Positions 28,491 through 43,769 of a DNA stretch of 64,000 nt are shown piece by piece; position 1 is the stretch's first letter, and each line of letters opens with the position of its first letter. Source of the DNA: the human T2T-CHM13v2.0 reference genome, Homo sapiens. The notes below the pieces were generated by a model. It had not been told where the DNA came from and did no database searches. It saw only the letters and a program-made list of their open reading frames with translations. The stretch is taken from NCBI RefSeq assembly GCF_009914755.1, contig NC_060926.1; one strand, 5' to 3'. A program made the position numbers and the translations under genes.

Positions 28491-29338
28491 TAATATCTCT
28501 CTTTTGAAATTGCAAAGAAAATGGCTAAATGCTTCAACAGCTGAAAATTTGAAACAAAATAATTTATATGTCTGTTATAAATTTTATTTAAAAGAGTATA
28601 TAAGCTTATGCACAGAGTATTATAAAATGTCAAATTCCCTCCTGAGAATTTTTTCTCAGGAAAATAAATGTACATTAAGGAAAAATAGTGGCTTAAAAGA
28701 AGACATTAGATTAAAAGTGACTTTTATTGTTCTTTTTTTGTTTGAATCTCTACAGTAAACAAGTATTTTTTAATAACATCTTTTAAATGAAATCCAACAA
28801 AAAGTATCATCTAAACACCAGGAAATATGCATTAAACTACACATGTACGATAAAGACATAGCTTTGACGTATGGCTACACGGTTTATGAATGTGATTATT
28901 TTCTCTCTCTTTAATGACAAATTCAGTCAGATAAATGTCAAATTAGAAAGCACTCTGGCAAACCTTGTTATATGTAACCCGCATGACTTATTTCTACTGT
29001 TTTAAATCTACCTGGTTAGATAGGATTCTTATCTTTAGTTTTTAAAATATTTATACGCACAGAGTTAAAAAAATAGAAGAGGACTTATAATGCAAATTCT
29101 TGATTTCTCATAGTACTCTTTCCACCAGCCCCAACCCCACTGTTCTGTTTTCATGTTTGATGATTATTGCAATAGTTTTAAACTGAAAGCTTAAACTGCT
29201 ATTTCCCAATTTAGATTAAAAAACTCCCGCTTATCTCTCACCCCCTCTTTACTCCCCACTCTTTCTCATTTTTTACATAAGGTCTTATATAATCAAAATC
29301 TACCTCATGTTCTATTAATTTTTAATAATACTATGTGA

Positions 29339-30268
<930 letters not shown>

Positions 30269-30732
30269 ACTTCAAATATCCTTACTCTTTTTCTTCACTA
30301 GTTTTTATGAGATTACTGTTTCATTTCCAGAGCATGGTCATATTTACATTTTTTCTACTTATCAAAATTCTTGGAGATTTGTCTATTTTATAAGTATTTG
30401 CAAGAACTAGCTTTTGGATTTGTTTATTGTTGCTTTTCATAGCATTCTTCCTTTCTCTTTTTTAGTTGTCTTCTACTGACTATAAAATATATTTTTTCCT
30501 TCCAAGTCAATTGTTTTCTTTCTTTGGTTGGCTTATATAGGTTTTGGTCACCCATGTTGCTGGTGATTCTTTGCTAACCATTTATATATAAGAATGAGAA
30601 CAGTGTTAATAATTTGAAAATTCCGCCACCGCCAACACTAATAATGGAATTCCAGGATCTGTCCTCTTGTTAAATATCCCCTCCTATTAAGAAGATGGTA
30701 GAAAATCCATATTTATATACAGAGTTTGATAA

Positions 30733-31362
30733 TGATGTAGGGTTTTTCTTTTCCCTCACATTTCAAGCTGGGGACTTCCGGCTGTCAAAGCCCTTCCCAG
30801 GCCCTGCTTAGCCATGTTGGCATGCCTCAGCTCACCTGTGTTATAGCTTGCACCCATGTTCAGCGGTTCCCAAGCTCTTGCAGTGTGCCCGGGGAAGAAC
30901 GAGGGTACCCTGGACACTGAAGGGTGAGGAGGGCAGAGAAGAATTTTATTGAGCGATGAAACAGTTTTCAGCACAGAGGGGATGTAGTAGTGGCCCCCTA
31001 CCCAAAGGTGGGAAAGTCCCCCATGTGGCTGGATCCAGAGGCTTTTATGGACTCAGAATGAGGAGTGCATGCTGATTGGTTTGTGAGCATGCAGAAACGG
31101 TTAAAGCGAAGACACCACCCAAAGTTGGGCACAATAGTGTAAAAAAAACAGTTAGGAAATGGTAGGTATATGTATAATAGGTGAAGAGTGGGGACCAATC
31201 AGAGGAAAGTGTGCCAAATAGGAAGACAAGTTCTCAATCTGATCGGCGGATTTAACTTGTAGCTCGGCTTTCAGGCTTTAAAATGTCTTCAGCTTGGAGG
31301 TGGGATTTCATTGGGGACTTGCCCCATCTGCCTAGGCATTTCGCTGCTTCCTGCTGCTCTCA
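30733..31362 (-). mobile_element. ERV1 solo LTR, LTR9/MER61-like
   Basis: TG...CA termini and 4-bp TSD ataa (30729, 31363); minus strand starts tgagagcagcaggaagcagcgaaatgcctaggcagatgggg; poly(A) signal seen as tttatt on the plus strand near 30946. Confidence 0.8.
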
Positions 31363-31366
31363 ATAA

Positions 31367-31985
31367 CCACCTCAAGTTTAGCAATTAGAGAGCTAGCTAT
31401 TACACCTCTTACCCCCAAAAGTCTACAATAAAGGGAGTTTTGCTCTTTGATATCCATGCTATCAGTTGGAGTCCTAGTTCTCCACAGTCAGCTAAATATG
31501 CTTAATGCATTGTGTTCTGACTTTTGAATAGAAGAAAACACCAAGCTATGGTAGGTCTTAGTGAATTACCCAGGGTATGGGGAGGGATGGTGAGAGGTGG
31601 AGGAGGAAAACCCTAGAGAGCATCTGGTTCCATGAGCAGCTTTCCAATGCACTCCCCTTTGTTCAGCATCTTTCTCACCCCATCATCCAGCACTGTGGAC
31701 ACCAACACTGAAATCTTTCTGAAGTTTGTAGCCCTCCTTGCATTATTCTGGCTGCCAAATATTATTAATTTTATTGTTTTTTTTATTTAAATATATCATT
31801 AACCTTTTATAAACTTTCTGCCTTTTTGAGTGTTGACATATCTTGTATACTCATGGATCTCTCATTATTTTTTCTGCTGTTATGGGCTTTTTTTTTTATT
31901 TTCTTTTCATGTCATTGCTTCATATGAGTGAGGTCTAAGAAGAAAGGGAAGACAAATATATGTGCTTGTAAGCCATCTTGAACTG
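31367..31985 (-). mobile_element. Old L1M/HAL1-like 5' region (probably continuing left to about 29000, split by LTRs)
   Basis: Ends in gccatcttgaac, typical of antisense L1M 5' ends; T-rich antisense-L1 composition; family uncertain. Confidence 0.4.
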
Positions 31986-33581
31986 TCTATCTTTATCAGT
32001 TATTTGTTCAACTTAATAAAATCACAATTTTATCTTTTAGGTAGTATACATGTATATAAAACTGATGTGTAATATTAGTTAAGAAAAATGGACTATTAAG
32101 TTTTATAATTTATATCTAAAGAATCACGTTTGATCCAGTTTATAGGTTAAAATGAATTTTAATCCAGAGTGCTACTAAGAATCTCAGTGAGATCTAGGAC
32201 TTCATAAAAAATTACCATATCTTAAAATATTATGCCAAAACTAATGATAATCATAATAATTTCTACATAAAAAAATTGGTATGTATTCTCTGAAGTTGAG
32301 CTGGGTATGGTTTTCCTTCTGATTCTCCAAGGTTCCTTTTGACATGGATTTTATGTGATCCTTATGCAAATGAAATGCACATGAAAAATATACCCAGCTG
32401 AATCTTACACATAATTAAGGATTCTATATTTAGAATATATAGAATATATCAGTAACACTGCCTTGCATGCTTTTACAAAGCAAAGCAATCTATTAAACAT
32501 TTTACGGGTCTGAGATTACATAATGTTGACATCAATTCCATGTGGTAGGTAAAATATTTACCCTCTTTTTACAAATCAGGAAACTAAGACTCAGACTTGC
32601 TAAGGAGTCGTATCTGTTAGTTCTCCAGTGGTAGGTACTTTCCAACTCCACAGCTTTGGCATCTATGGGGAGAAAAGACTGAGGGTCTTTTGAAAGCTTT
32701 TAAGGCCAGTCTGAATGGACAGAACTGGGACTGTAGAAGCCTGAGGTTGAGCAATGGCAAGCTATGAACCTATCCCTTTCCTGGATGTGGCCATCATCAA
32801 GCCAACCCCTGGGAAGGAGAAGGGAGTATTTATCCAAATCTATGGTGTCATCATATAACTGATAACTCATGGCCTAGACATACTATCCCATTGCAGATAT
32901 ATTAAAGTTGAACATAAAACTTTCAGATATATATTTTTTTCTCAGACTGGAGAAACCGCACCCAACCCTGGCCTTCCTGATATAAGGACTGACCCAGATG
33001 CACAGACCAGCCAAGAAACAAACCATTCTGAACTATTCTGAGCACACTAACTCTCCCTTCCACACACACTCCCAGAACCCTAGCATTCGCAGCCTTACCT
33101 ACACTGCCTAGGCTTTCAAAAGCAACAAAAAGTAATTTGGACAGAGATTACCTGTCATATGCAAAAGATGCTTGTCTATATTCTGCTATAGAACATGCCT
33201 CGGTTCATCTGGGATGGTGTTTACATGCTCATTCCAGCCACCACCAAGGGGTCTTTGAAAAGAATAATTTTACAAATTTATACTGTCATGACAGGTGCCA
33301 AATAATGATTTTATTTTTATAAACGTATGCATTACTGAACATTATATTACTTAGTTTATTTGAAATTAATATTACATTTTCTAAAATGTGTTACTTGTCA
33401 TATTTTGAAATTAACATGTCTCCATAATGCCTACAAAATTGTATTAATTTTAACTCTTTTATAATAATAGATTTTTCCTAACAAAATCTATTATGCCTTT
33501 AAAACATGTATTTAATTATGTGTTGTCCTCTTAGACTTTTATTATTTTATATTGATAAAAAGATTATCATAAATTATATTT

Positions 33582-34075
33582 GAAATATAGAATACAACTC
33601 AGTAATAAAAGGGAATGAACCACTGATACACAAAACAGCTTGGATGGGTCTCAAGAGCATTAGGGTAAATGAAAAAAGCTAATCACAAAAGGTCACATAA
33701 TACATGATTTCATTTATAGAACATTATTGAAATGGCAAAATCATAGGGATGGAAAACAGATTAGCAGTTGCCATGATCTACGGATGCTGAGAAAGGGGTA
33801 GGTATTGTAAAGGGCACAAAAGATCTTTGTAGTGATAGATTAATTTGATTTCTTAATTGGTTTGGTGGTTACAGAAATCTACAGGTAATAAAATAACCTA
33901 AAACTTTATATACATATTGCACCCATGTCAGTTTCCCAGATTTGATATTGCATTATAATTACGTAAGACGAGGTAACCATTGGAGAAAACTGGGTATAGA
34001 TTGCATACGACCACTTGGCATTATCTTCACAACTTTCTGTAAATCTATAATTACCTAAAAGTGCAAAAAATTTTA
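33582..34075 (+). mobile_element. L1MD-like 3' end
   Basis: gaatacaactcagtaataaaagggaatgaac...caaaaggtcacata...gtaaccattggagaaaactgggt...caactttctgtaaatctataattac. Confidence 0.82.
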
Positions 34076-34084
34076 AAAAATTGA

Positions 34085-34389
<305 letters not shown>

Positions 34390-34474
34390 TTAAATGTAAA
34401 AATGCATTACATTTAGAAAAAATAATAAGCTTTACTAGAACAATATATATTTCCTTGACACAGCTATTAGAGAG

Positions 34475-34710
34475 GCAACATAGCATTTTTGGCTAAGAAT
34501 GTGGACTGTAGAGGTAGAACACATACAAGCTCTGTGACTGGGCAAATTGTTTAACCTTTCTGTCCCTCAGTTCTCTCATCTATAAATTTTAGTTAATGAT
34601 AGTATCTACCTTATAGGGTTAATATTAGGATTAAACTTTTAACAATTTGTAAGGCATATAAACAGTTCCTGGAGCATCATAAGCTGTAAGAGGGCTTATT
34701 AGGTAAATAA
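34475..34710 (+). mobile_element. MIR SINE
   Basis: tgtgactgggcaaattgtttaacctttctgtccctcagttctctcatctataaa...tacctt. Confidence 0.8.
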
Positions 34711-34749
34711 AAATGCAGACTATAATATTGTTACTATTGATATTGTAAG

Positions 34750-36520
34750 TAATTCATGCAATAAACATTTGTTGATTGCCTATTATAAGGTAGAATTATT
34801 CAAAGTGCTGGAGATAGAGCAATTAAAAAAGTAAGCTCCTGACCTGAACTTGGAGTTTATATTCTAGAGGAAAAAGATATAAAATCAATTAATAGGTGAT
34901 GTCATAAAGCTAAAAATGGGAAAGGAAATGACACAGGCAAACAGGGTGAAGGCTATAGAATGACAAAGGATACTGTTTGCATGCAGTGGACAGGAAAGTG
35001 TCCTCTAAGGATGAGAGATTTGAGCTGGGATGTGAATGAAAGGAGGAGAAAATTACTGAGGCAGGAGCATGCTTGTTGTGCCTGAGGCATAGCCTGGAGG
35101 CTGGAATGACTGTCATGGCCAGAAAGAGAATAAACCAACAGAAGATAGGTGGTCAGCACAGAACTATTTGAGGCCTTATAGGATATGGTATGGGCTTTGG
35201 ATTTTTTTCTGAAATGGGAAGTCACTGGAGCATTTTGAGTTGGGAAATGAAAGGACTTCATCTGCATTTTTAAAGAAACATTGTATACCTTATCACCAAT
35301 ACATTATAAGGATGTAAGAGTGAAGAAGGCAAGTAAACGTTTCCTATCGTTCCTGTAAAAATTGCCAAAACTTTGTGACTTAAAATAAGAAAAAAATTAT
35401 TCCCAGTTTTAGAGGCCAGAAGATCAAAATCTGTTTCATCAGGCTAGTATCAAGGTGGCCACAGGACTAGTCCCTTCTGGAAGATACGGGGGAGAATCCT
35501 TGTCCTTGCTTTTTCTATCTTCTTAAGGCCACCTGCATTCCTTGGCTTGAAACCTTTCTGCTCACATCAATCCAAACTCTTGCTTCTGTTGTCAAAGCCC
35601 CTACTTCTTCCTTTGAGCTCCTTCCATTCCTTTTGTGGTTACACTTGGGTTCTTTTAGGATAATCCAGAATACTCTCACCATCTCAAGATCCTTAATATA
35701 ATCACATCTGCAAAATATGATTTTGCCACATAAGGTAACATTCACATATTCCAGGAATTAGGACATTCTGCCTCCTGCAGTAAACTTTTTAGGAAGCTAT
35801 TGCAGAAGTCCAAGTCAAACGCAGATGGCTTGAAATAGGTGATAGCAGAGGAGGGAGGTATTTTGAAAATATATTGTCTTTGAAATGTAGAGTAGATTTG
35901 TTGGTGGATTGGATATAGATATTACAGGCAGTCAGGATAATGTCAACATAGCAAACTGAGCAACTGAGTGATTGTTGGTGCCATTACATGAGATGGGTTG
36001 ACTGGGAGAAGTCCCATGGGAGCTTCTGGGCCCAGAGATGGTCCTGGAGTATGTTAAGGTTGAGATTTCTACTACATATCCAAAAAGAGTAAGCAATTGG
36101 TTTCTCAAATCAAGAGGTCAGGGGAAAGGTCAGTGCTGGAGATAGTAATAGGCTAATCATTGTGACATTGATGATATTAATGCCATAGGATAGGACATAA
36201 TTATCCTGAGTATAAATGGAGAAAATGAAGAAGTTCAATGACGACTGAACCCTGGAAGGGCAACACTTGAAGAAGTGAGAATGTTGAGTGAGGGGGAAAA
36301 ACAAGTAGTATGTGGTGTCCTAGAAAACTAAATGCAGAACATACTTCAAGAAAAGGGTGAGCATTGGTGTCAAATGATTCTAAAAGTGTGAGTAAGCTAA
36401 GAACTGAAAATTCACCATTAGATTCGACAATATGGAGAGCACTGATAACCTGGAGGAGAGCGATATCAAAGAGGTGATGGGAAAAATAAATCCAGAATAG
36501 ATTATGTTAAAGGAAAAGGG
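34750..36520 (-). mobile_element. L2a LINE interrupted by MLT1D
   Basis: Antisense L2a tail aataaacatttgttgattgcctatta; gaaatgggaagtcactggagcattttgag; tgtggtgtcctagaaaac; gaactgaaaattcaccattagatt. Confidence 0.8.
35339..35779 (-). mobile_element. MLT1D-like MaLR LTR
   Basis: ggggagaatccttgtccttgc...ggataatccagaatactctcaccatctcaagatccttaatataatcacatctgcaaa...cataaggtaacattcac. Confidence 0.85.
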
Positions 36521-36654
36521 GTTTTATTTTGAAAAATTACATATGAAGCACAGAAAAATATGTAGAAGGAGGTACTTCCAAGTGTTAAATGCAGTTATCC
36601 CCAGGTACTGAAATAATGCAGAATAGTGTGTGTGTTTGCATGCATTTTTTTGGT

Positions 36655-37517
36655 TTCTACTTTTGTTTTGTTTTAACTTTATTTTAGGTTCATGGGTACA
36701 TGTGCAGGTTTGTTATGTAGGCAAACTCATGTCACAAGGGTTTGTTGTACAGATTATTTCATCAGCCAGATACTAAGCCTAATACCCAATAGTTATTTTT
36801 TCTCTACATTGATTTTGTATTTGGAAACATTGCTGAAGCCATTTGTTAGTTCTAGGAGCCTTAGGTGAAACCTTTAGGGTTTTCTAGGTATACAATTATA
36901 TTGCCAGTAAAGAGAGATAGTTTTATTTCCTCTTTTCCTATTTGCATGCCTTTTGTTTTTTTCTCTTGCCTGATTGCTCTGGCATTTCCTGTGCTATGTT
37001 CAATAGGACTGGTGTTAATGGGCTTCCATGTCTCGTTTGAATTCTCAAGGGGAATATTTCAGCTTTTGCCTGTTCAGTGTGATGTTGGCTGTAGGTTTGT
37101 TACAGACGGCTTTTTTTTATATTGAGGTATGTTCCTTCAATGTCTTGTTTCTTGAGAATTTTTATCATAAAGAGATGTTGAATTTTATTGAAAGATTTTC
37201 CCACATCCATTGAGATAATCAAATGAGTTTTGATTTTAATTTTGTTTAAGTTGTGAATCACATGTATTGATTTGCATATGTTTAACCAAACTTGTATTCC
37301 AGGAATACAGCCTACCTGATGATGGTGAATTAACTTTTTAATATGCTGTTGGATTTGGTCTGCTAGTATTTTGGTAAGGATTTTTGTGTCTATGTTCATC
37401 AGGGATATTGGCCTGTAATTTTCTTTTCTTTTTTTTGTTGTATCTTTGCCATGTTTTGGTATCAGTGTAATGCTGGCTTCATAGAATGAATTAGAGATGA
37501 GTCTCTTCTCCTTGATT
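36655..37517 (-). mobile_element. Older L1PA/L1PB (L1PA13-16-like) with large internal deletion
   Basis: 3'UTR 36655-36804 joined directly to ORF2 RT sequence; ORF 37100-37399 [29 protein letters not shown] is L1 RT. Confidence 0.88.
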
Positions 37518-38149
37518 GAAAAAGTTCATTGCTTGTATAATGAGACTTTCTGTAGAGGGCATAATAGTCACAAAGATCCAAGATCTGTACAGCTTTAGTG
37601 AAGGAAAGGTGAGTAGCTTTAGCTTATATTGTGGGTAGGGGTTGGGGCTGGGATAAGTGCTCTATTGGGCTGGATTTTGTGTGGTTCAGATGTCCATGTT
37701 TCTGCCAAGGAAAGGAGCGTCTGAGTTTTTGTATTGTCTTGTTAGATGTGGTACAAAAGACAAAGGGGGAAATATGAAACCTGAAGGTTTTCAGCAGGTT
37801 TGTGAAAAATAAAATCAAACGTTTATTACACTGAGGATATGGGGAATTTTTTGCTTGATAGGCCATGGGTTCCCAAATGCACAAGGGGCGTTTTCTGCAA
37901 GGATCCAACTGAGTGGCAATTTGAGTCAATTAGAGAGATGTACCAACCAATAAAAGTAAGTACTTACTAATAAAAAGTAAGATCATGACAGATAAAGAAT
38001 GGCCAGAGAAATCCTGAGCTTCTGGAGGTAACTGTGATAAACTGGGATACAGAACATATTGAGAACAGCACCGATGGTATCTTAGAAGGAGGTGAATAAT
38101 TAGTTCCAATTATGGACTCCATTTGGGGACAGTAATAGTAATAATAGTA

Positions 38150-38385
38150 ACAGCAACTACCATATAGCTAGTACTGTTAAAATAATGCCTTTTTTTCAAA
38201 TGCAATTTTTAAATCCTAAACAGCCTATTGAGGTATGTGTTTGTTCCACTTTTAGAACTGAAGAAATTTAGAATCAGAGGCATTATTTATCCACCGTTTT
38301 ATAGCAGATAAATATCAGCTTTGGGAACCCAAACCAGGAGTGTGTGATTCTAAAGGCTATTCTCTTTCAATCATGCTATGCTGCT
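38150..38385 (-). mobile_element. MIR fragment
   Basis: aatcctaaacagcctattgaggta...ccacttttagaactgaagaaatttagaatcagagg. Confidence 0.65.
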
Positions 38386-39137
38386 TTTTTTCAGACAGGA
38401 GTAGCTAAACCTACCTTAGGATTTCACCTAGTAATTTCTATTCACTTAATAGAGAGGCATTTAGGTTGAATGACTTGCTAATATTGATTTGATTCACCCA
38501 GGAAATTCTAGCCCGAAGAACTCAATATATTTTCGAAATATTTCTCATTTCTTTCTAACTCATGCCAAAATAACTGAATTAAAAGTGAAAAATCCAATCA
38601 CAATCCATCATCTCTAGATATGTTTGTGTCATGTAACTACTGACGCTGACAACTACCAGATCCACTCCTTGGGTGGATACCTCCTCTAATTATATGTACA
38701 AAGCCAAGAGCTGATAGTAAATCCTTCACTGCTTTCTATTGAAGGTTCTATTCTGTAGTGATTCATCGCATATCAATTTTAATTCCTGTTAAACTAACAC
38801 TTGTCATGAACAATTCTATTCTGTTTTACTTTTTGGTGGAAGAAATATACTCCTAAGCAGCTTTATTTAATTGAATATATATTTTTTAAGCTGTAAACAT
38901 GAGATGGATGCTAGTGATTTCAGGGCCAAGAGAAAAACCTTATTAAACTCCATAAGGAATGAGTAGCATTGTCTCCAATGATGTATGAACTGTTATTCAT
39001 GTTGAGTTGACATCTTGCTGAATTTAAATGAACTGTAGCACTTCTTGTGTACACTGTCACTTTTAGAAACAGGTTTTATACATTTGAATGTATATACTGC
39101 ACAAAGTTTTAAAAAATGGGGCTATAAAAGCTGCACA

Positions 39138-39521
<384 letters not shown>

Positions 39522-39877
39522 TCAAAGATTTTGTTTCTCTCTCCAAAGTAAAAAATGTTCATTTACGAAAAATATAATTAGATAGCCTAGAGAACATAGT
39601 CTAGAGAATGTGAAGGCCTCACAAAATTGTTTAGTCAATATTGAGGGAGCAATTTTAAGAATTGTGAATAGACAAAAAAGAAAGTTGCCCAAAATAATGA
39701 CGTATGACATTAAAAGTTAATTAATGTAAAAATCAAACAATGCATGGAAATATTTGAAGGTGCATCTCCAGCTAGACTGAGATATTTTTACAATTTATTG
39801 CTGTATCTACTTAATTTTGTTTTTGCTTTCTCTATGGCTTTTTGTTAAATGATTGATTAAAGATAATAATGAGCATT

Positions 39878-40197
39878 TTATTTTTATTTTATTTATTTAT
39901 TCATTTGTATTCTTTGAGATGGGGTCTCACTCTGTCATACAGGCTGCAGCACAGTGGCATAATTACAGCTGACTGCAGCCTCAGCCTCCTGGGCTCAACT
40001 GATCCTTCTACCTCAGCCTCCAAAGTAGCTGAGGCCACAGGGGCGCACCATCACACCTGGTTAATTTTTGTATTTTTGGTAGAGATGGGGTTTTGCCATG
40101 TTGCTCAGGCTGGTCTTGAACTTCTGGGCTCAAGTGATCAACCTGCCTTGGCCTCCCAAAGTACTGGGATTACAGGTGTGAGCCACTGCATCTGACC
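39878..40197 (-). mobile_element. AluJ
   Basis: gcagcctcagcctcctgggctcaactgatcct and ctgggctcaagtgatc J diagnostics; (TTTA)n tail. Confidence 0.92.
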
Positions 40198-40949
40198 AGT
40201 AATAAACATTTTCATAGGTTCATACATTTGACAAAGAATATTAATCTATATTGTCTCATACATAAGACAAGAAAGATCATAATCATCTTGGAATAGCTTG
40301 GATAAACAAGGTTTGGAAATTATTAGAATTGCCTAAGGTCACACAGCAATTTGAGACAGAAACATAAATCATTTACTTAAAAGTCTATGCTTCCATCTAT
40401 ATTATTCTGTGAGTCATGAGCTAAAATGCTTTATTAAATTTAAATATATATTGCTTCTAGAATACAAAGTAATCTCTTTGTAAATGTTACTTGTGATTAT
40501 AGACTATTTTGTATTTTAACCAAGGGGTAATATGTCAATAAAGAATAGTCAACTTTTTAAAGAGACAGGGAAAAAAGTTCCTCAAAGTCATTGCCCATGC
40601 TGATATAATTACTATATAATTTAGAATCATAAAACAGAGCTGATATTTGATCCATGGCTCACAATTATGTTTTGTACTTCCCAGCACAAATTAAAGATGC
40701 TGTCTTATCTTTCTTTACTCTCATCTATAACATCAAGAACCATGATAGATGCACAGTAAGTGCTCATTGTTGCTAAAGAAGTCAGATTCAGGGCTGACTT
40801 GATATGAATGTGAGTTTACAAATGGATCTGGACCTAAAAGGAATTTTATTAGAATAATGATGATGCACAAAGCCATAAAAATTTCACTTCTATGCCCTAA
40901 AGAAGTTGAGACTAGCTCAGAAACTGAAAAGTAAATTTCAGAAGTTTTT

Positions 40950-41230
40950 TTAGACCAGCATATTTTTGTAAGTTGAGCCAACCTTTAAAATCCATGAGAT
41001 ACAACCAAAAATATGGATTTCTTAATTCTCCAGAATGTTGAAAAATATGGCAATCTCTTACCAAATGTTATTACCAAGTGTTGGCCATGAGAGGCAGTTG
41101 TCTCCTACTGGGAACATTTTTGCTCTATTGTTTGCTATTTTCTCTGACTGGCCTGGTCTTTGTCATTCAAGTGACAAGTGCTACATTTTCTGACTTTCCA
41201 GGCTGCTGTAGGCATTTGAGTTTGTAATTT
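40950..41230. mobile_element. MER102-like hAT-Charlie element
   Basis: aaaatccatgagatacaaccaaaaatatggatttct...aaatatggcaa...ctgtaggcatttgagtttg. Confidence 0.65.
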
Positions 41231-41262
41231 AATGCAAAGGGAGGAAGTGTTTCTTGACTTAA

Positions 41263-43349
41263 TTTTTTTTAATTGTTTAAATTTTTGTGGGTACATAGCA
41301 GGTATATATAATTATGGGTTACATGAAATGTTTTGATATAGACGTGCAATGTGAAATAAGCATATCATGGAGAATGAGGTATCCATTCCCTCAAGCATTT
41401 ATCTTTGGGGTTACAATCTAATTACACTCTTTAAGTTATTTTGAAATATACATTTATTATTCACTATAATCACGCTGTAGTGTCATAAAATAGTAGGTCT
41501 TATTCATTCTAATTTTTTTTCTACCTGTTAACCATCCCATCTCCTCCCCACCCTCTTACTGCCTTTCCCAGCCTCTGGTAACCATCCGTCTACTCTCTAT
41601 GTCCATGAGTTCAATTGTTTTGTGTTTTAGAGCCCCAAAATAAGTGAGAACATGAATGCTTTTCTTTCTGTGCCTTGCTTATTTCACTTAACATAATGAT
41701 CTCCAGTTCCATTCATATTATTGGAAATTACTGGATCTCATTTTTTTATAGTTGAATAGTACTTCATTTTGTATATGTGCCACATTTTCTTTATCTATTT
41801 ATCTGTTGATGGACATTTAGGTTACTTTGAAATCTTAGCTATTGTAAATGGTGCTGCAACAAATTTAGGAGTGCAGATATCTCTTCGGTATACTGATTTC
41901 CTTTCTTCTGGGTATACACCCAGTAGTGGGATTGCTGGATCATATGGTAGCTAAAGTTTTAGCTTTTTGAGGAACACCTAAACTGTTCTCCATAGTGGTT
42001 ATACTAATTTACATTCCCACAAACAATGTATCCTGGTTCCCTTTTCTCCACATCCTCATCAGCATTTGTTATTTCCTGTCCTTTAGATATAAGCCATTTT
42101 AACTGGAATGAGATTATGTCTCATTTTTTGAGATTTGATTTATATTTCCTCTGATGATCAGTGATGTTGAGCACCTTTTCATATGCCTGTTTGCCATTTT
42201 TATGTCTTCTTTTGACAAACGTCTATGCAAATATTTTGCCCATTTTTTGATCAGATTATTAGATTTATTCCTATAGAGTTGTTTGTACTCCTTATGTATC
42301 CTGGTTATTAATCCCTTTTCAGAGGGGGGTAGTTTGCAAATACTTTTTCCCATCAGTGGGTTGTCTCTCCACTTGGTTGATTGTATCTTTGCTGTGCAGA
42401 AGCTCTTTAACTTGATGTGATTTCATTTATTCATGTTTGTTTTGGTTGCCTGTACTTATGGGGTATTGCTCAAGAAATTTTTGCCCAGACCAATGCCCTG
42501 GAAATTTTCCTGAATGTTTTCTTGTAGTGGTTTCATGGTTTGAGATCTTAAAGTCTTTAATCTATTTTGATTTGATTTTTGTGTATGGTAAGAGATAGTG
42601 GTCTAGTTTCATTCTTCTGCATAGGGATATCTAATTTTCCTAGCACCATTTATTGAAAAGACTGTCATTTCCTAAGTGTATGTTCTTGACATCTTGGTCA
42701 GAAATTAGTTCACTGTAGGTATGAGGATTCATTTCTGGGATCTTTATTCTGTTTCATTGGTCTGTGTGCCTGCTTTTATACCAGTACCATGCTGTTTTGG
42801 TTACTATAGCTTTGTAGTATAATTTGAAGTCAGGTAATGTGATTCCTTCAGGCTTATTAGTTTGCCGAGGACAGCTTTGGCTATTTGGATCTTTTGTGGT
42901 TCCATATAAATTGTAGGACTTTTTTTTCTATTTCTGTGAAGAATATCATTGGTATTTTGATAGGGATTGTATTGAATCTGTAGATTGCTTTGGGTAGTAT
43001 GGATGTTTTAACAATACTAATTCTTCCAATCCACTAACATGGAATACTTTTCTTTCCTTTTTTCTATCCTCTTCAGTTTCTTTCATCAGTGTTATGTGAT
43101 TTTCTCTGTAGAGATCTTTCACTTATTTGGTTAAGTTAATTCCTATATATTTAATTTTATGTGTGGCTATTGTAGATGAGATGGTTTTATCATGAAAGGA
43201 TGTTGAAATTCATCAGATACTTTTTCAGCATCATATAAGTTTTATTCTTCATTCTTTTAATATGATGTATCACACTGCTTGATTTGGATATGTAGAAACA
43301 TCCTTGCATCCTAGGGATAAATCTCACTTGGTCATGATAAATAATATTT
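41263..43349 (-). mobile_element. L1MA1/2-like 5'-truncated LINE-1
   Basis: 3'UTR tttttgtgggtacatag...gcaatgtgaaataagcatatcatggagaatgaggtatcc followed by antisense ORF2 C-terminal sequence (ORF 42114-42353); internal jump near 43180. Confidence 0.9.
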
Positions 43350-43769
43350 CACTTAGGTTTAAAAGCAAGGAAGAGATAATGAAAGTAAAAACCATGAGAC
43401 TAGTTGATTTTTTAATCTCAAAGAAATAAAACAAATTTTTCAATGAAAGTACAGTTTTACTTAATTCTATCCATTTTAGCTATTTTCCAAGCTGTTCTCC
43501 AAGATCTAAATCTCATCTGTTTTCCATCCTCTCCCAGAAAATCAGTACCACTATCTTTAAGTAATCTGTATTAAGCACTAGTTGTTCTTTTTAAAAAAAA
43601 TGGAATTGTAAATAAAAGATACAAGTACATTTTTTGAAGAGATAACTGGCACTTGTCCTTAAATTCTTATTAAAATAACTAAAATACTCTGCATAAGAAA
43701 TGTCTGTGATTAGCTTATACTTACATTTTATAACTTTTATTGCACAATGGTCCACAGAATTTAAGTATT

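Noticed and set aside
32665-33110. GC-richer block that might be an old LTR
   Set aside because: Could not match it to any family or find termini or a TSD; needs a Dfam search.
37600-37616. Strong splice donor AAG|GTGAGT
   Set aside because: Isolated, with no convincing acceptor or reading frame upstream.
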